From assembly GCA_951406725.2 (NCBI GenBank), contig OX597839.1, positions 18,972,001 to 19,036,000 of the forward strand: 64,000 nt of DNA. Reading direction: 5' to 3'. A program made the position numbers and the translations under genes. The DNA is from Octopus vulgaris. Lineage: Eukaryota. This document shows positions 37,690 to 50,931 of the stretch, piece after piece; the stretch's first letter is position 1; each line of letters begins with the position of its first letter. A model generated the notes under the pieces. It made no database searches, was not told the DNA's origin, and saw only the letters and a list, made by a program, of their open reading frames with translations.

Positions 37690-39200
37690 TGGGTGAGAGA
37701 GAGTGGAGAAAAATGAAAGAGTGAGAAATAAAGTGAGGGAAAATAAATGAGAGGGGGAGAAAGTGTGGGGAAGAGGTAGTTAGGGAAAATGAGAAAAAGG
37801 GATAGAGAAAGTGAAGAAGAGTGAAAGGAAGAGCAGGAGACAGGTGTGGGATTGAGAGAGAGTTTGTATGAAAGAATAAAGGACAGAGTGATAGAAAATG
37901 AGAGAGAGCGTAAATGGAAGAGTGAAAGAGAATGAGAGAGTAAAAGTGAATGATACAGGGAGAGAGAGTGACACAGATAGACACTGACAATAAAGAAAGT
38001 GAGTGAAGGAAAACGTGCATCAGAGAAGGGAAGGAGAGAGAAGGAGGGAGTGAACAATAGGGAGAGTGTGTATGAGAGAGTGAGAGAGCATAAAAGAGAG
38101 TGTGAGGGAAAAGAGTGAGAGAGTGAATGAGAGAGTAAAAGAGAATGACAGAGGTAGAGAAAGAGTGATAGAGTGGGGGTGGAAGAGAGTAGATAGAGTG
38201 CAACGGATAGAGACTGATACGAGAGGAACAGTGAGTGAAGGAAAGAGGGTATCAGAGAGAAAGAGAGAGAAAATGCGAGAGAAAGAACGAGAAAGAGAGA
38301 CCGAGAGAGAGAGAGCAAGAGGGAGGGAGGGAGAGAGAGAAAGCGAGAGAAAATGCGAGAGAGAGAGAGAAAGAGAGAAAGCGAGAGCAAGAGAGAGAGA
38401 ACGAAAGAGAGAGAACGAGAGAGAGAGAACGAAAGAGAGAGAACGAGAGAGAGAGAACGAGAGAGAGAGAGAACGAAAGAGAGAGAACGAGAGAGAGAGA
38501 ACGAGAGAGAGCAAGAGAGAAGGAGAGAGAGAAAGCGAGAGAAAGAGAAAGAGAGAGAGCGAGAGCAAGAGAGAGAGTGAATGAAAGAGGGTATCTGAGA
38601 GAAAGAGAGAGAGAGCAATAGAGAGAAAGAGAAAGAGAGAGAAAATTCGAGAGAAAGAGAGAGAGAGAGAGAGAACGAGAGAGAGAGAACGAGAGAGAGA
38701 GAACGAGAGAGAGCAAGAGAGAGGGAGAAGAAGAAAGCGAGAGAAATAGAAAGAGTGAAGGAAAGAGGGTATCTGAGAGAAAGAGAGGGAAAATGCGAGA
38801 GAAAAAAAGAGAGAAAAAGAGAGGGAAAGAGCGAGAGAGAGAGAGTGAGAGAGAGAGAGAGAAAGCGAGAGAAAGAGCGAGAGCAAGAGAGAGAGCAAGA
38901 GAGAGAGAGAAAGAGCAAGAGAGAGAGAGAGAAAGAGAGAACGGTAGAGAGAGAGAACGAGAGAGAGAGAAAGAGAGAACGAGAGAGAGAGAGAACGAGA
39001 GAGAGAGAGAAGGCAAGAGAGAGGGAGAGAGAGAAAGCGAGAGAAAGAGCGAGAGCAAGAGAGAGAGAGAAAGAGCGAGAGCAAGAGAGAACGATAGAGA
39101 GAGAGAACGAGAGAGAGAGAGAACGAGAGAGAGAGAGAGAACGAGAGAGAGAGAGAGAAGGCAAGAGAGAGGGAGGGAGAGAAAGCTAGAGAAAAGACGA
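37690..39200. repeat. GA-rich low-complexity region with (GAGAGAACGA)-type subrepeats
   Basis: Read directly. Source of the ERERER and SLSLSL ORFs. Confidence 0.9.
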
Positions 39201-39561
39201 CGGAGAAGAGGAGAGGAATGGGCGGGCGGGGGGAAGATCGATTTGGAAACGGCACACACATGGGATACGATGAAAGAACAACAGAATTAAACGGTTCTTG
39301 CTTTGTCTCTCTGAACATGGCCCAAAGCTAATTTGCCAATTCACTAACATTCCACCTTTCTCGATCAGTGTCGTCTTCTTCTTTCCTTGCCACAGTTTGC
39401 GAAACGATTTAAACGATGCCATAGTTTTATTAATGAGGAGCTCGTCGCTCCGCTTTTACAAATACACGTGACCTAACTACAAAGACAAGAGCCGGAGTCC
39501 ATTCAACAAGGCTCGGTTATTTTGATAACTACACTATCAATTAGGTTTTGTCTTGTGTTCT

Positions 39562-39810
<249 letters not shown>

Positions 39811-40149
39811 TTTGTTGTGCGTGTTTGCGTTTCGTGTTGTGGGTGTTTAATGTAAAGATGGTTAGCTTTATTTCTTCTTGCGGATGTGATGCGTGTACGA
39901 GTTGTGTTTCACTCTCTCATGACTAGTTGGGACTTCTGTTGGTGTGTTTGTCTGTATGTCAGTGAATGTACGTGTGTACGTGTGTGTGTGTGTGTACACG
40001 TATCAGTGTTTGCGTTGTCACTTTTTTCATATATTCGGGGGTCGATAAAATTAAGTACCAGCTGAGTACTGGGGTATTTGTAACAGACTTACTCCCTTCC
40101 CAAAATTGCTGGCCTTGTACATATAATAAAAAGGACTACCACTATTATT

Positions 40150-40342
40150 ATTGTTATCATCATTGCCTTTGCACGGTTTCTAATGCTGGAGATGTACTAC
40201 AGTGTCAGCTGTTCACTACCAGTGAACTAAGGTAACACCTCTTATTTTTTGAGCACCTTCCGGAGTATTCGTGCAGTTCCAAGCAGTGCTGTTTTCTGCA
40301 AGTGCTCCACCCTTATTGCAGCCCCTATTTATTCCACGTACT
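40150..40342 (-). mobile_element. 3' fragment of an R4/Dong-clade (RLE) non-LTR retrotransposon
   Basis: Minus-strand translation of 40242-40340 is YVE*IGAAIRVEHLQKTALLGTARILRKVLKK*. LQK..LLGTARILRKVL is the typical C-terminus of this clade. A short 3' UTR runs into a TAA-like repeat. Confidence 0.8.
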
Positions 40343-40522
40343 ATTAATTCTTCTTCTTCGTCTTCTTCTTCTTATTATTATTATTATTAATATCATTATT
40401 ATCCCACAGAGGGCGACTTCCTTCCAGGGTCGCTAAATTAAGTACCAGTCAATTACTGGGGTCGATGTGAACGACTTTTCCCCTTCCCACATATTCCAGG
40501 CCTTGTGACTATAGTAGAAAGG

Positions 40523-40581
<59 letters not shown>

Positions 40582-40775
40582 CATCATTATTATTATTACT
40601 CACAGAACTGGCAGAATCATTAGCACACTGGATGAAATGCTTGCGGAGTTTCGACCCGTCACTACGTGCAGAGTTCAAATTCTGCCGAGGTTAACTTTGC
40701 CTTTCATCCTTTCGGTGTCAATAAATCAAGTACCAGTGAAACACTTTCAGGCATTGTGCCTTTTAGTAGAAAGGA

Positions 40776-40809
<34 letters not shown>

Positions 40810-40810
<1 letters not shown>

Positions 40811-41200
40811 GAGCGAGAGAGCAGTACATACCATCAAAGGGACACTGGGGTTAAATATACGAAGCCCAGTATACCCATCATGACTTCCGGTCTGATAAGG
40901 GTACACCAGGCACATGCATCACAATCAAATGTGCGCGACATGGTGATCTCATATCAAGATAAACAACAAATGACCTTGCAGGTGGGGCCCAGTTAGAGTT
41001 TTCTTCTGGTCGAGTAACCCATCCCGCTCAAAAGGTCCCTGAATAAGGGTTGTTTAAGGATGTTGAACGAAACACCCATGTTTCCAGAGGTGAATTATTC
41101 AAACCTCAGAGAATCCCTCTCAACACATGACTATGATGCTCCCCAACTACTTCTACTCGTGATCAAAAATGCATATAACATCAGCCACCAAGGGACATGC
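40810..41200 (-). mobile_element. Retroposon 3' region, family C
   Basis: Matches 10713-11100 and abuts (TTA)n. Confidence 0.8.
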
Positions 41201-41648
41201 TAAACTGGCGGTACTCCAGCATGGCTGCAGTCAATTGATTGAAACGAGTAAAAATACGGATTAAAAGAATACACACACGTGTATACATATATACACACAA
41301 ACTCACACATATATATACACATATATACATATAAATATATATATATATACATATATACATGTATATATATATACATATACATATATACATGTATACACAT
41401 ATACATATATACATATACATATATACACGCAAATCTATACACACACATATATATATACACACATATATATACACACATATACATACACACTTATATATAT
41501 ACACACATATACATACACACTTATATATATACACACATATATATATATATATACATATATATATACATATATATATATAGACATATATACATACACATAT
41601 ATAAATGTATATATTCATATATATACATATATACACACATATATATAT

Positions 41649-41713
<65 letters not shown>

Positions 41714-41873
41714 CATACATATATACACACACAGGTTGCAGAGTGGTGATACTACTTCAGCTTGACATAAAGACACGCTGTCGGATAAACTTTGGCATTC
41801 GCCATATTACTTCCTGTATATATTTCATTAATTTCAAGTAGCGCATTTAGAAACGAAGTGTAAGAGGCTGGAT

Positions 41874-42112
41874 CTAAACATCCCACTTGGTATTTCTTCG
41901 AAAAGACTCTACAGTTTGTCGCCAGATTAGAGCAGAGAGCTGTGTCCAAGGGAACGTACAGACACACAGAAAAGAGAAAAACAGAAAAAAAAAATGGCGG
42001 ACATTAAAGAGACGAAGACATGCAGATAGAGAGAAACGATTGCTTGCTTATTACTTACCACGAATGCCACGTATATTTTTACGTTTGTCATAGATCCAGA
42101 TTATCTTAAGTG
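41874..42112 (-). other. Candidate exon pair (42112-42059 and 41939 downward) separated by a 119-nt intron
   Basis: ttttctgcAG | 54 nt | GTAAGT, long pyrimidine tract, ggacacAG. One spliced frame gives MTNVKIYVAFV|LSALIWRQTVESFRRNTKWDV*. Confidence 0.3.
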
Positions 42113-42277
42113 CTGCAGAAAATCTATTCAAATGTCACCAGACAGTGTTTAGAATGTCAGCTAAGCATAAGAGCGAATGATTTAAGTATAATATATTTAC
42201 TAACACACACACACACATACGTCTGATAGTACCTCTCATACATTCTCTTTTTCTCTCTCTCTCAACATATATTAGTG

Positions 42278-42344
<67 letters not shown>

Positions 42345-42510
42345 AGGTATTCATATACATATATGTCAATATGTATGCTTATATATATATATATGCATGC
42401 GTATGCTTATACATATATATATATATATGTATGCTTATATGAATATATACACACATATATATATATATACACATATATATATACGTATATATATATACAT
42501 ATATATATAC

Positions 42511-42560
<50 letters not shown>

Positions 42561-42585
42561 GTATCTATATATATATATATATACG

Positions 42586-42629
<44 letters not shown>

Positions 42630-43177
42630 CGTATATATATACTTATATATATATACTTATATGCATATATATATATATACACATATATATATATGCATGT
42701 GTATGCTTATATATATGTATATACGCTCACCCATACACACACTATATATATATACATATATATGTATACATATATATGTATACGTATACATATATATATA
42801 TATATACGTATATATATACGTATATATATATACATATATATGTATACATATATATGTATACGTATACATATATATATATATATACATATATATGTATACA
42901 TATATATGTATACGTATACATATATATATATATATATATATATATGCATGTGTAGGCTGATATATGTATGCTTATAGGTATATATATATATATATATATA
43001 TATTACACATATATATATATATGCATGTGTATGCTTATATATATGTATATACGCTCACCCATACACACACAAACCGATGTGTATGCAGATGCTGTGTCAG
43101 TGTAAATGATGAGTTTTTCTTTTGTTCGATCAACAGAAACACCTATCAACGACGCTGACGAATGGCCTCAATAATAA

Positions 43178-43209
<32 letters not shown>

Positions 43210-43659
43210 TTCGAACGACTCACTGTATTTCAGCGTAGGTTGTTTTAGTATGCCCAAGTGACTTGTACTCTTAATGTAAATCTGCTGCAGAATGTTCGTG
43301 ACACAATTTGAATTACATGGGCAAACCAACCAAAAGGCTTCCTTACAGTTTCTGCCAACCTAATTTCACTCTCAAGTACCCCAGATAACCGTGATCTCGT
43401 GGTCCTTTAGCAAAACTGAGATGTGTGTGTATGTAAGTGTGTGTGTCTATTGTCTATGTTTGTTTCCCCGCCATCGCTTGAAAACCGGTGCTGGCGTGTT
43501 TGCGTCCCTGTAACGTAACGGTTCGGCAAAAGACACCAATAGAATGAGTACCAGACTTCAAAAAGATAAGAAATGGTGTCAATTCACTCGGCTAAAATAT
43601 CCAGGTGGTGCTGCAGCATGGCCGAAGTCTAATAACTGCAACAAGTCAATGATAAAAAG

Positions 43660-43739
<80 letters not shown>

Positions 43740-44283
43740 TTCGAGTAGTGGAACCAACTGTCAGCTTCAGTTTCAAAAGAAACTATATAGTTTACAATAG
43801 AGATTGATGAAAATACCACAAAAACTGCTATTGTGATTTCCAGGAAATATATAAACAACCAATGATTTACACGAAATCTATCAGCAAAAACACATGGCTG
43901 AAAAAGACATATGCATCGAAGAAATGAGGAATGCGGTGTGGTGGTGTACGGTTAAGTGGACGTCACGGTGCTATTTATATTCAACGCGAGAAAACATCTA
44001 AGGTAGAAGATGAGGTATTGTTCTGTGTGATACCGAGAAGTAGAAGATCAGGCTTGTGAAATAACACCACATACTGAGGCGTGAGAAATATTATGGACAG
44101 ATGATGTGGCGTTGTTTGGTTGAATGTTAGGGAGATGATCGGTGTTTTGATAAGTCAAATTACGGGTAGTTTCTTCAATATATGAAACAGCAAAGTAACA
44201 AAAGAAATGACAAATGGCATACATGCAATAATACGCACACACACAAATATGTATGAACGTAAGTATGTAAGTATGTATGTATG

Positions 44284-44337
<54 letters not shown>

Positions 44338-44340
<3 letters not shown>

Positions 44341-44452
44341 ATCCAAACTTGAAAACACAAAGAGAAAACACATCAACGCGAGGACGTGGAACAAGTATGG
44401 TATTATTGGACGCTCAGGAAAGAAGGAGGGTTTAACGTTTCGAGCGGAGCTC
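44338..44452 (-). mobile_element. Penelope-type terminal fragment with half hammerhead motif
   Basis: Minus strand reads GAGC tcc GCTC-GAAACGTT-AAACCC...TTCCTGAGCGT. Related to 12598-12790 and abuts (TA)n. Confidence 0.5.
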
Positions 44453-44629
44453 ACATATACACACACACACATGGATATATATATATATATATATACATAC
44501 ATATATACACATGTGTGTGTGTATATATATATATATATAGAGAGAGAGAGAAACAAATATATAAAATTATGTCTGCGTGTAGATACCTATATTTGTAAAT
44601 ATTTAATTATGTTTATCTGTCTGGGTATC

Positions 44630-44687
<58 letters not shown>

Positions 44688-44918
44688 AGTATAAATATAC
44701 AGTTGTATTTATACACACTTACACACACACACACACACACATATAGACACACACACACATATGCCTATGTATTTGTATGGATACCTCTTTATCTTCCTTT
44801 CTATTTATATATCTAGTTCTTCCTGGTTTCCTACCTCCCCCTCTAAATATTTTAATTAAATATAACGTGTGTGCACGCATCAATATATACATGCATACAT
44901 ACATATATACATACATAA

Positions 44919-44977
<59 letters not shown>

Positions 44978-44994
44978 TATATTATATATATATA

Positions 44995-45028
<34 letters not shown>

Positions 45029-45652
45029 TATATATATGTGTGTATATATATGTGTATATATATATATGAACAGAGAAAGGAGAGAGGAAGATTGAATTAA
45101 TTGGAATAAATGCCACTGTGACATGTATGTACCAAATACACTAAACACAGAGAGAACCGAAGACAGAGAAGTGGATAAAGGCGCCTGACTTAGGTAGACG
45201 TAGACACATACAGGGTGACGTAGACACGTACTTAAGACACACACGCGCACATATGTGTATAAAGATATTTCAATAAATTCTAATTATTTCATAAACATGT
45301 GTTGAGTGCTATTCCAGGTCCATGTGGTCTGCAGATTGAATGGAATTGGTCTCCCAATATTTCAAGAGCTTACCGGAAGTACCTAAGTACCTAGCTAATG
45401 AAATGAAGTCTGTGTGACCAATGCTACTGTAAATATATATAAAAAAATATATGTGCAGCTACGTTCTTATTACTGACGTGTGCGCCTTGTGTGTAATTTG
45501 CATGTATCTCCGTATGTATGTATGTATGTATGCATGTATGCATGTATGTATGTATGTATATATGCATGTAATGTAATGTATGTATGTACGTATGAATCTA
45601 TCTAACCTATTTAAACACACACACACATACATATATATGTATATATATATAT

Positions 45653-45683
<31 letters not shown>

Positions 45684-45708
45684 CAGTTACAGTATATACA
45701 TAACATGC

Positions 45709-45754
<46 letters not shown>

Positions 45755-45777
45755 GTATGTACATAACATGCATACTG

Positions 45778-45808
<31 letters not shown>

Positions 45809-46065
45809 TACAGGCAAAAAACTAACATCTAAACAATACATACATATTTATGGTAAATACGTCCAAGTTTATACGCATGATTATACATATTTGATATATA
45901 TACATATATAAACACATTATACGTATATGAATATGTATATATATGTTTACATATATGTTGATATATATATAAACACATTATACATATATGTATATATATA
46001 TGTGTGTACATATATGTTGATATATATATTTGGATGCATATATATATATACACACACACACACAA

Positions 46066-46100
<35 letters not shown>

Positions 46101-46783
46101 CACTTATGTTTACATACCTACGAGACACACACTTCCACAATCACACACATACACACACCTACACGCACTAGTCCTATATCAGAAACACATACAGTGGTTA
46201 CAGAAGCAAACGTATAATCATAAGTAAGACCGCGACGTATGTGTGTGTGTAAGACGGCATAACACGAAGACAGGAGGTGGCTTAACTCTGTGAAACTTAT
46301 AATGAAGTTTGGATCTTGAGGTGACGAACGAATAAATAGATTTCACATGGTAACTATCAAATACAAGGTAAATTCAAATTAGCAATGGTGTCTATGTGAC
46401 TTTACCAGATGACTTAAAATTATTTCTTCTTTTTCCCTTTCCGTCTTCCATACATTTCGTAATTGATATAACTGCGGGATATGCTTGTACACACTCGCTC
46501 ATTGATTCGCAACGACACAAAATACGTTTCAAATTTTAGCGCAAGGGCAGGAATTTGGGGATGAGGGCTGAAGTGAAATTATATCGATATTTCCTGTATA
46601 CGCAACTGGTACGTATTTTATCGATTTCGAAACGATGAAAGGTAAAACCGATTTCACCGTCATTCGAACTCGAAACAACAGACCTAGTTAAAATCGATTC
46701 ACAAAATCAGCCCCCTTTAATCTTGCTCAGATTGTTTTCAGTTTTGGTGCATCGATGCAAAGCTGAATTTTGATTACGATCAA

Positions 46784-46905
46784 CCAATTACTTTAAATCG
46801 TAAATTAAAGAATCTGATGTTATTTGGAATTACACTGGGGAAAATTTGGGCAATTTTAACCAATCAACAGACAGCGAGGCTTTAACAGCTTGTTACCATG
46901 ACAAC
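46784..46905. promoter_or_regulatory. Candidate RFX X-box with two CCAAT boxes
   Basis: GTTACCATGACAAC at 46892-46905 fits GTHNYY-AT-RRNAAC. CCAAT at 46860-46864 and 46784-46788. Sits in a non-repetitive island. Confidence 0.45.
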
Positions 46906-47097
46906 TGCACGTTGTGTTGTGTTGTGTTTCACTTCACCCACGTTGTGTTGGTTCTTCACACTACGAGATTTACATTACCCGCGTGTTTTTTTTTTTTTTA
47001 TAAGAATTTATATTTATCAATCAGACTTATATTGGTGTCAACTGCCACAGTGCAATTCTCCGGCACGTTAGATGGACGGTTAGAGAGATAGACAGAG

Positions 47098-47145
<48 letters not shown>

Positions 47146-47419
47146 GGTTTTTATATATATATATATATCACTTCGACATATATTTGATGGGGGTGGGGTG
47201 AGTTAATGTAGAGTACATACACCTCATGATTATAAGCAAATCATTTGTGCAGGTCATTCGGCGAAAGCTGAATACTCGTAGGTTGTCTTCGATACGAGTG
47301 TCTATTGTGTATTTGTTTGTGTGTGTGCGTGTGTTTCTGTGTTTCAGATTGAGCGGAAGTTGCCGAGTTGGCTTGTATGCATTTATGTATCCCCCATCCA
47401 TCTATCTATCTGTCCGACC

Positions 47420-47481
<62 letters not shown>

Positions 47482-47495
47482 TTATCTATCTATCT

Positions 47496-48152
47496 GGGAC
47501 GTGTCGGTTTATCAGCCGAGTCTATCGTTAATATCGTCACCTCTCCTTCCTTCAAACGGGAAGGAAGAGCTCTTTTTATCATACTTGTGGCTATGGCAAA
47601 AGAATGTATCTGGTGGACGCGCCTGAAAGGATTAGAGACAAACACTTTCCTCTCTGGTCAATCTCTCATCAACTTCTTCAAGTATCACTTGAAGAGGAAA
47701 GTGAGAGTAGAGAGCCAAGTTTTGTCTAGTGAATGTTTAAAAAAAGATGGGTGAATGTAGCAAGGATGGCACGTATGAATAACGAAGCCACCTTGACTAT
47801 GATTCTATGAACCGTAAAAATTAATACAGAGAGTTGCTTATTAGCAAAAAAAAAAAAGAAATATAACATGTGACTTCATTGACCGAGGTTACCATTGTCT
47901 TTTCCTTCCACGGGTAAACCTGTCCTCCCCTTTACACTACATATTGACATTTCTGTGATTACGATCCCTATCGATCAACTTTTTTCCTCTCCCTCCCCCC
48001 TTTATAAATCCTCACCCTTTTTTGTCCTCTTTTTTTCCTTTTATGATCCCTTTTGATCGAAAACCAACCCCCCTTTTTTTACCCCCAAAAGAAAAGCTCT
48101 ACCTTGTAATTTGTTCTGTCTGTGTGCAGCCCTGTGTGGCTAATAAAGAAAC
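47496..48152 (+). mobile_element. 3' fragment of a Tx1/L1-clade LINE inserted in (TATC)n
   Basis: ORF2 C-terminus LVAMAKECIWWTR...LINFFKYHLKRKVRVE, 3' UTR, AATAAA at 48142. TCTA arrays on both sides. Confidence 0.72.
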
Positions 48153-48219
48153 ATATCTATCTATCAGTCTATCTATCTATCTATCTATCCGACCATCTAT
48201 CTATCTATCTATCTATCTA

Positions 48220-48277
<58 letters not shown>

Positions 48278-48311
48278 AATCTATCTATCTATCTATCCGA
48301 CCATCCATTTT

Positions 48312-48358
<47 letters not shown>

Positions 48359-48363
48359 CTATC

Positions 48364-48954
48364 ACATGCATATATAAATATATATACGTGTGTACAGGAC
48401 ACCACAAATAGACGTAGAACTCAACGAGAAACGAAAACGTAAAAACAGCATGGAACGGACCATTCCTTTAACAACGAAAAAACAGAGTACAAGGCAACTA
48501 CACAAGGAAAAATCCCCTTCATCAGCCGTCCCTAGTTCAACTCCAGCGTGTTTCGAAGGTGAGGACAGAACACGTCTCGTCGAGCAAGTCCTTCCTGCGA
48601 AAGAATTAAATAAAATTCCTTTGCAGAGGGGTAAAAACAAGGAAAAAAATGTGACAAAAACAGGACGTAAAAACAAATACAAAATAAAAATACAATTAGA
48701 AGTTTTATATAATTCTTTCGCAGGAAGGACTAGTTCGACGAGACGTGTTCTGTCCTCACCTTCGAAACACGCTGGAGTTGAACTAGGGACGGCTGATGAA
48801 GAGGATTTTTCCTTGTGTAGTTGTCTTGTACTCTGTTTTTTCGTTGTTAAAAAAATGGTCCGTTCCATGCTGTTTTTACGTTTTCGTTTCTCGTTGAGTT
48901 CTACGTCTATTTGTGGTGTCCTGTACACACGTATATATATTTATATATGCATGT
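48364..48954. repeat. Long inverted repeat: 245-bp arms (48364-48608 and 48710-48954), ~100-nt spacer
   Basis: Arms are reverse complements without indels; about 6 mismatches counted by eye. Confidence 0.95.
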
Positions 48955-49104
48955 ATATATACATGTAGATGTAGGTACGTACATATACGTTTGTATGTAT
49001 GCATATATTTTATTTATTACACTATTATATATATATATATATATATGCAGAATACCTAGTTGTAAAATCTCAAGAGATCAGAGAAATAACTATACTGACA
49101 ATAC

Positions 49105-49149
<45 letters not shown>

Positions 49150-49395
49150 GTATGCGTGTTCGATTTTGTTTATATACTTCGAACTCTTTTAATTCATATC
49201 TGAACTTTTTTGTGGCATGAACCGCTGGGACATACCAGCAGATGAGTAAAATAAATACCAGTGACACACTGAGGTCAATGCAAACGACTGGTCTCCTCCC
49301 CACAAATTTCAGGCCATATGCCTATAACAGAAATAATAATAATAATAATTATTATTATTATTATTCGTTGTATTTATTGCTATAATAATAATAAT

Positions 49396-49608
49396 CCATT
49401 CTACTATAGGCACAAGGCCTGAAATGGTGGGGAGAGACGACTAGTTGATTAAATCGACCCCACTGTTTCACTGGTACTTAATTTATTCACCCCAATAGGA
49501 TGAAAGGCAAAGTCGACCTTGGCGGAATTTGAACTCAGAACATGAAGGTAGACGAAATACCTCTAAGCATTTCGCCCAGCGTGCTAAAGAATCTGCCAGC
49601 TCACTGCC
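49396..49608 (-). mobile_element. SINE family B (AGGCCTTGTGCCT tail variant)
   Basis: Matches the head and central domain of the other B copies. Confidence 0.78.
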
Positions 49609-49651
<43 letters not shown>

Positions 49652-49710
49652 TATTATTATTATTATTATTACTGTTATCATTACTATTATCATTATTTTT
49701 ATTACTAATA

Positions 49711-49760
<50 letters not shown>

Positions 49761-50026
49761 GTTATTATCATTATTATTATTATTCAAATCTTATGGTTGG
49801 CATCAATTGCGAAGCGATGCGAAGCAGATCAACTTAAGGTTAGGCAAACATATGGGCTTTTAGGGGTTAAGTACAGGCATAAACAAACAGACAGTGCATA
49901 AGATGCCGTAGCCCCTGTTTTGTTTACGTTGACGATATAAAGTAAAAGGATCTTATATATATACGATTTCAGCTAATAATATTATTTGATGAAATGCTCA
50001 AACAAACGGGCATTCACATGCACACG

Positions 50027-50124
<98 letters not shown>

Positions 50125-50212
50125 CACACACAAAGACGTGTTCATATATATATATATATAAACACAGACATGTATATATATATGTATTCATACATACAAT
50201 AACAGGCACTTT

Positions 50213-50254
<42 letters not shown>

Positions 50255-50931
50255 CATACACACACATATACACACAAAGACGTGTTCATATATATATATA
50301 TATAAACACAGGGATGTATATATATGTATTTATACATATATGAACAGACACTTTCATACACACACACACATATATATATATAGAAAACCACACGCATCAG
50401 CTAATCAAAGATCGATCTATCTAAATCCTATGCATACATGTATACTCAAACCGCTAGATCAATATATACATAAGAGAAAAAGGGCAGTTTTCTTTCAGTT
50501 CTATATTCATGCTTACATGAACCCCTAAGTCTGCCCTTTCTCCTTTCTTTTTCTTGGGCTTAAGATCCGGCTGGACATTTTCAATTGGATGAGAATAACC
50601 AACTGTATGAGTCAGAGAAAGGTGTGTGTGTGTATATATATATTGGCGTGGATATGTGGTAAGGGGCTTTTCCTTTTTTCCCAACCACATGTTGTTCCCA
50701 AGTTCAGTCCCGCTGCGTGCGACCTTCGGCAAGGGAATGCAACTCTCGAACCGAGCATTTTAAAACCAGAATTCAGCTGCATTTCACATGATTTCATAAT
50801 TAGTGCACAAAATGCACTTTTTAATCGTTCGTTACAATCTGATTATTTATTATGGTAGTTTTAACTTTAAGAGTCCCTCCTAGCGTGGGGCATTTATGTA
50901 GAGTAATGCCCTTAATATAAATAAATATACT

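Noticed and set aside
43100-43170. ATGATGA...GAAAC and CTGACGA as hammerhead parts
   Set aside because: No consistent stems I, II and III can be formed.
48362-48968. Antiparallel ~190-aa ORFs as a bidirectional gene, or a permuted hammerhead in the arms
   Set aside because: The ORF symmetry is a consequence of the palindrome. The GAAA...CTGATGA interval does not form stems III and I.
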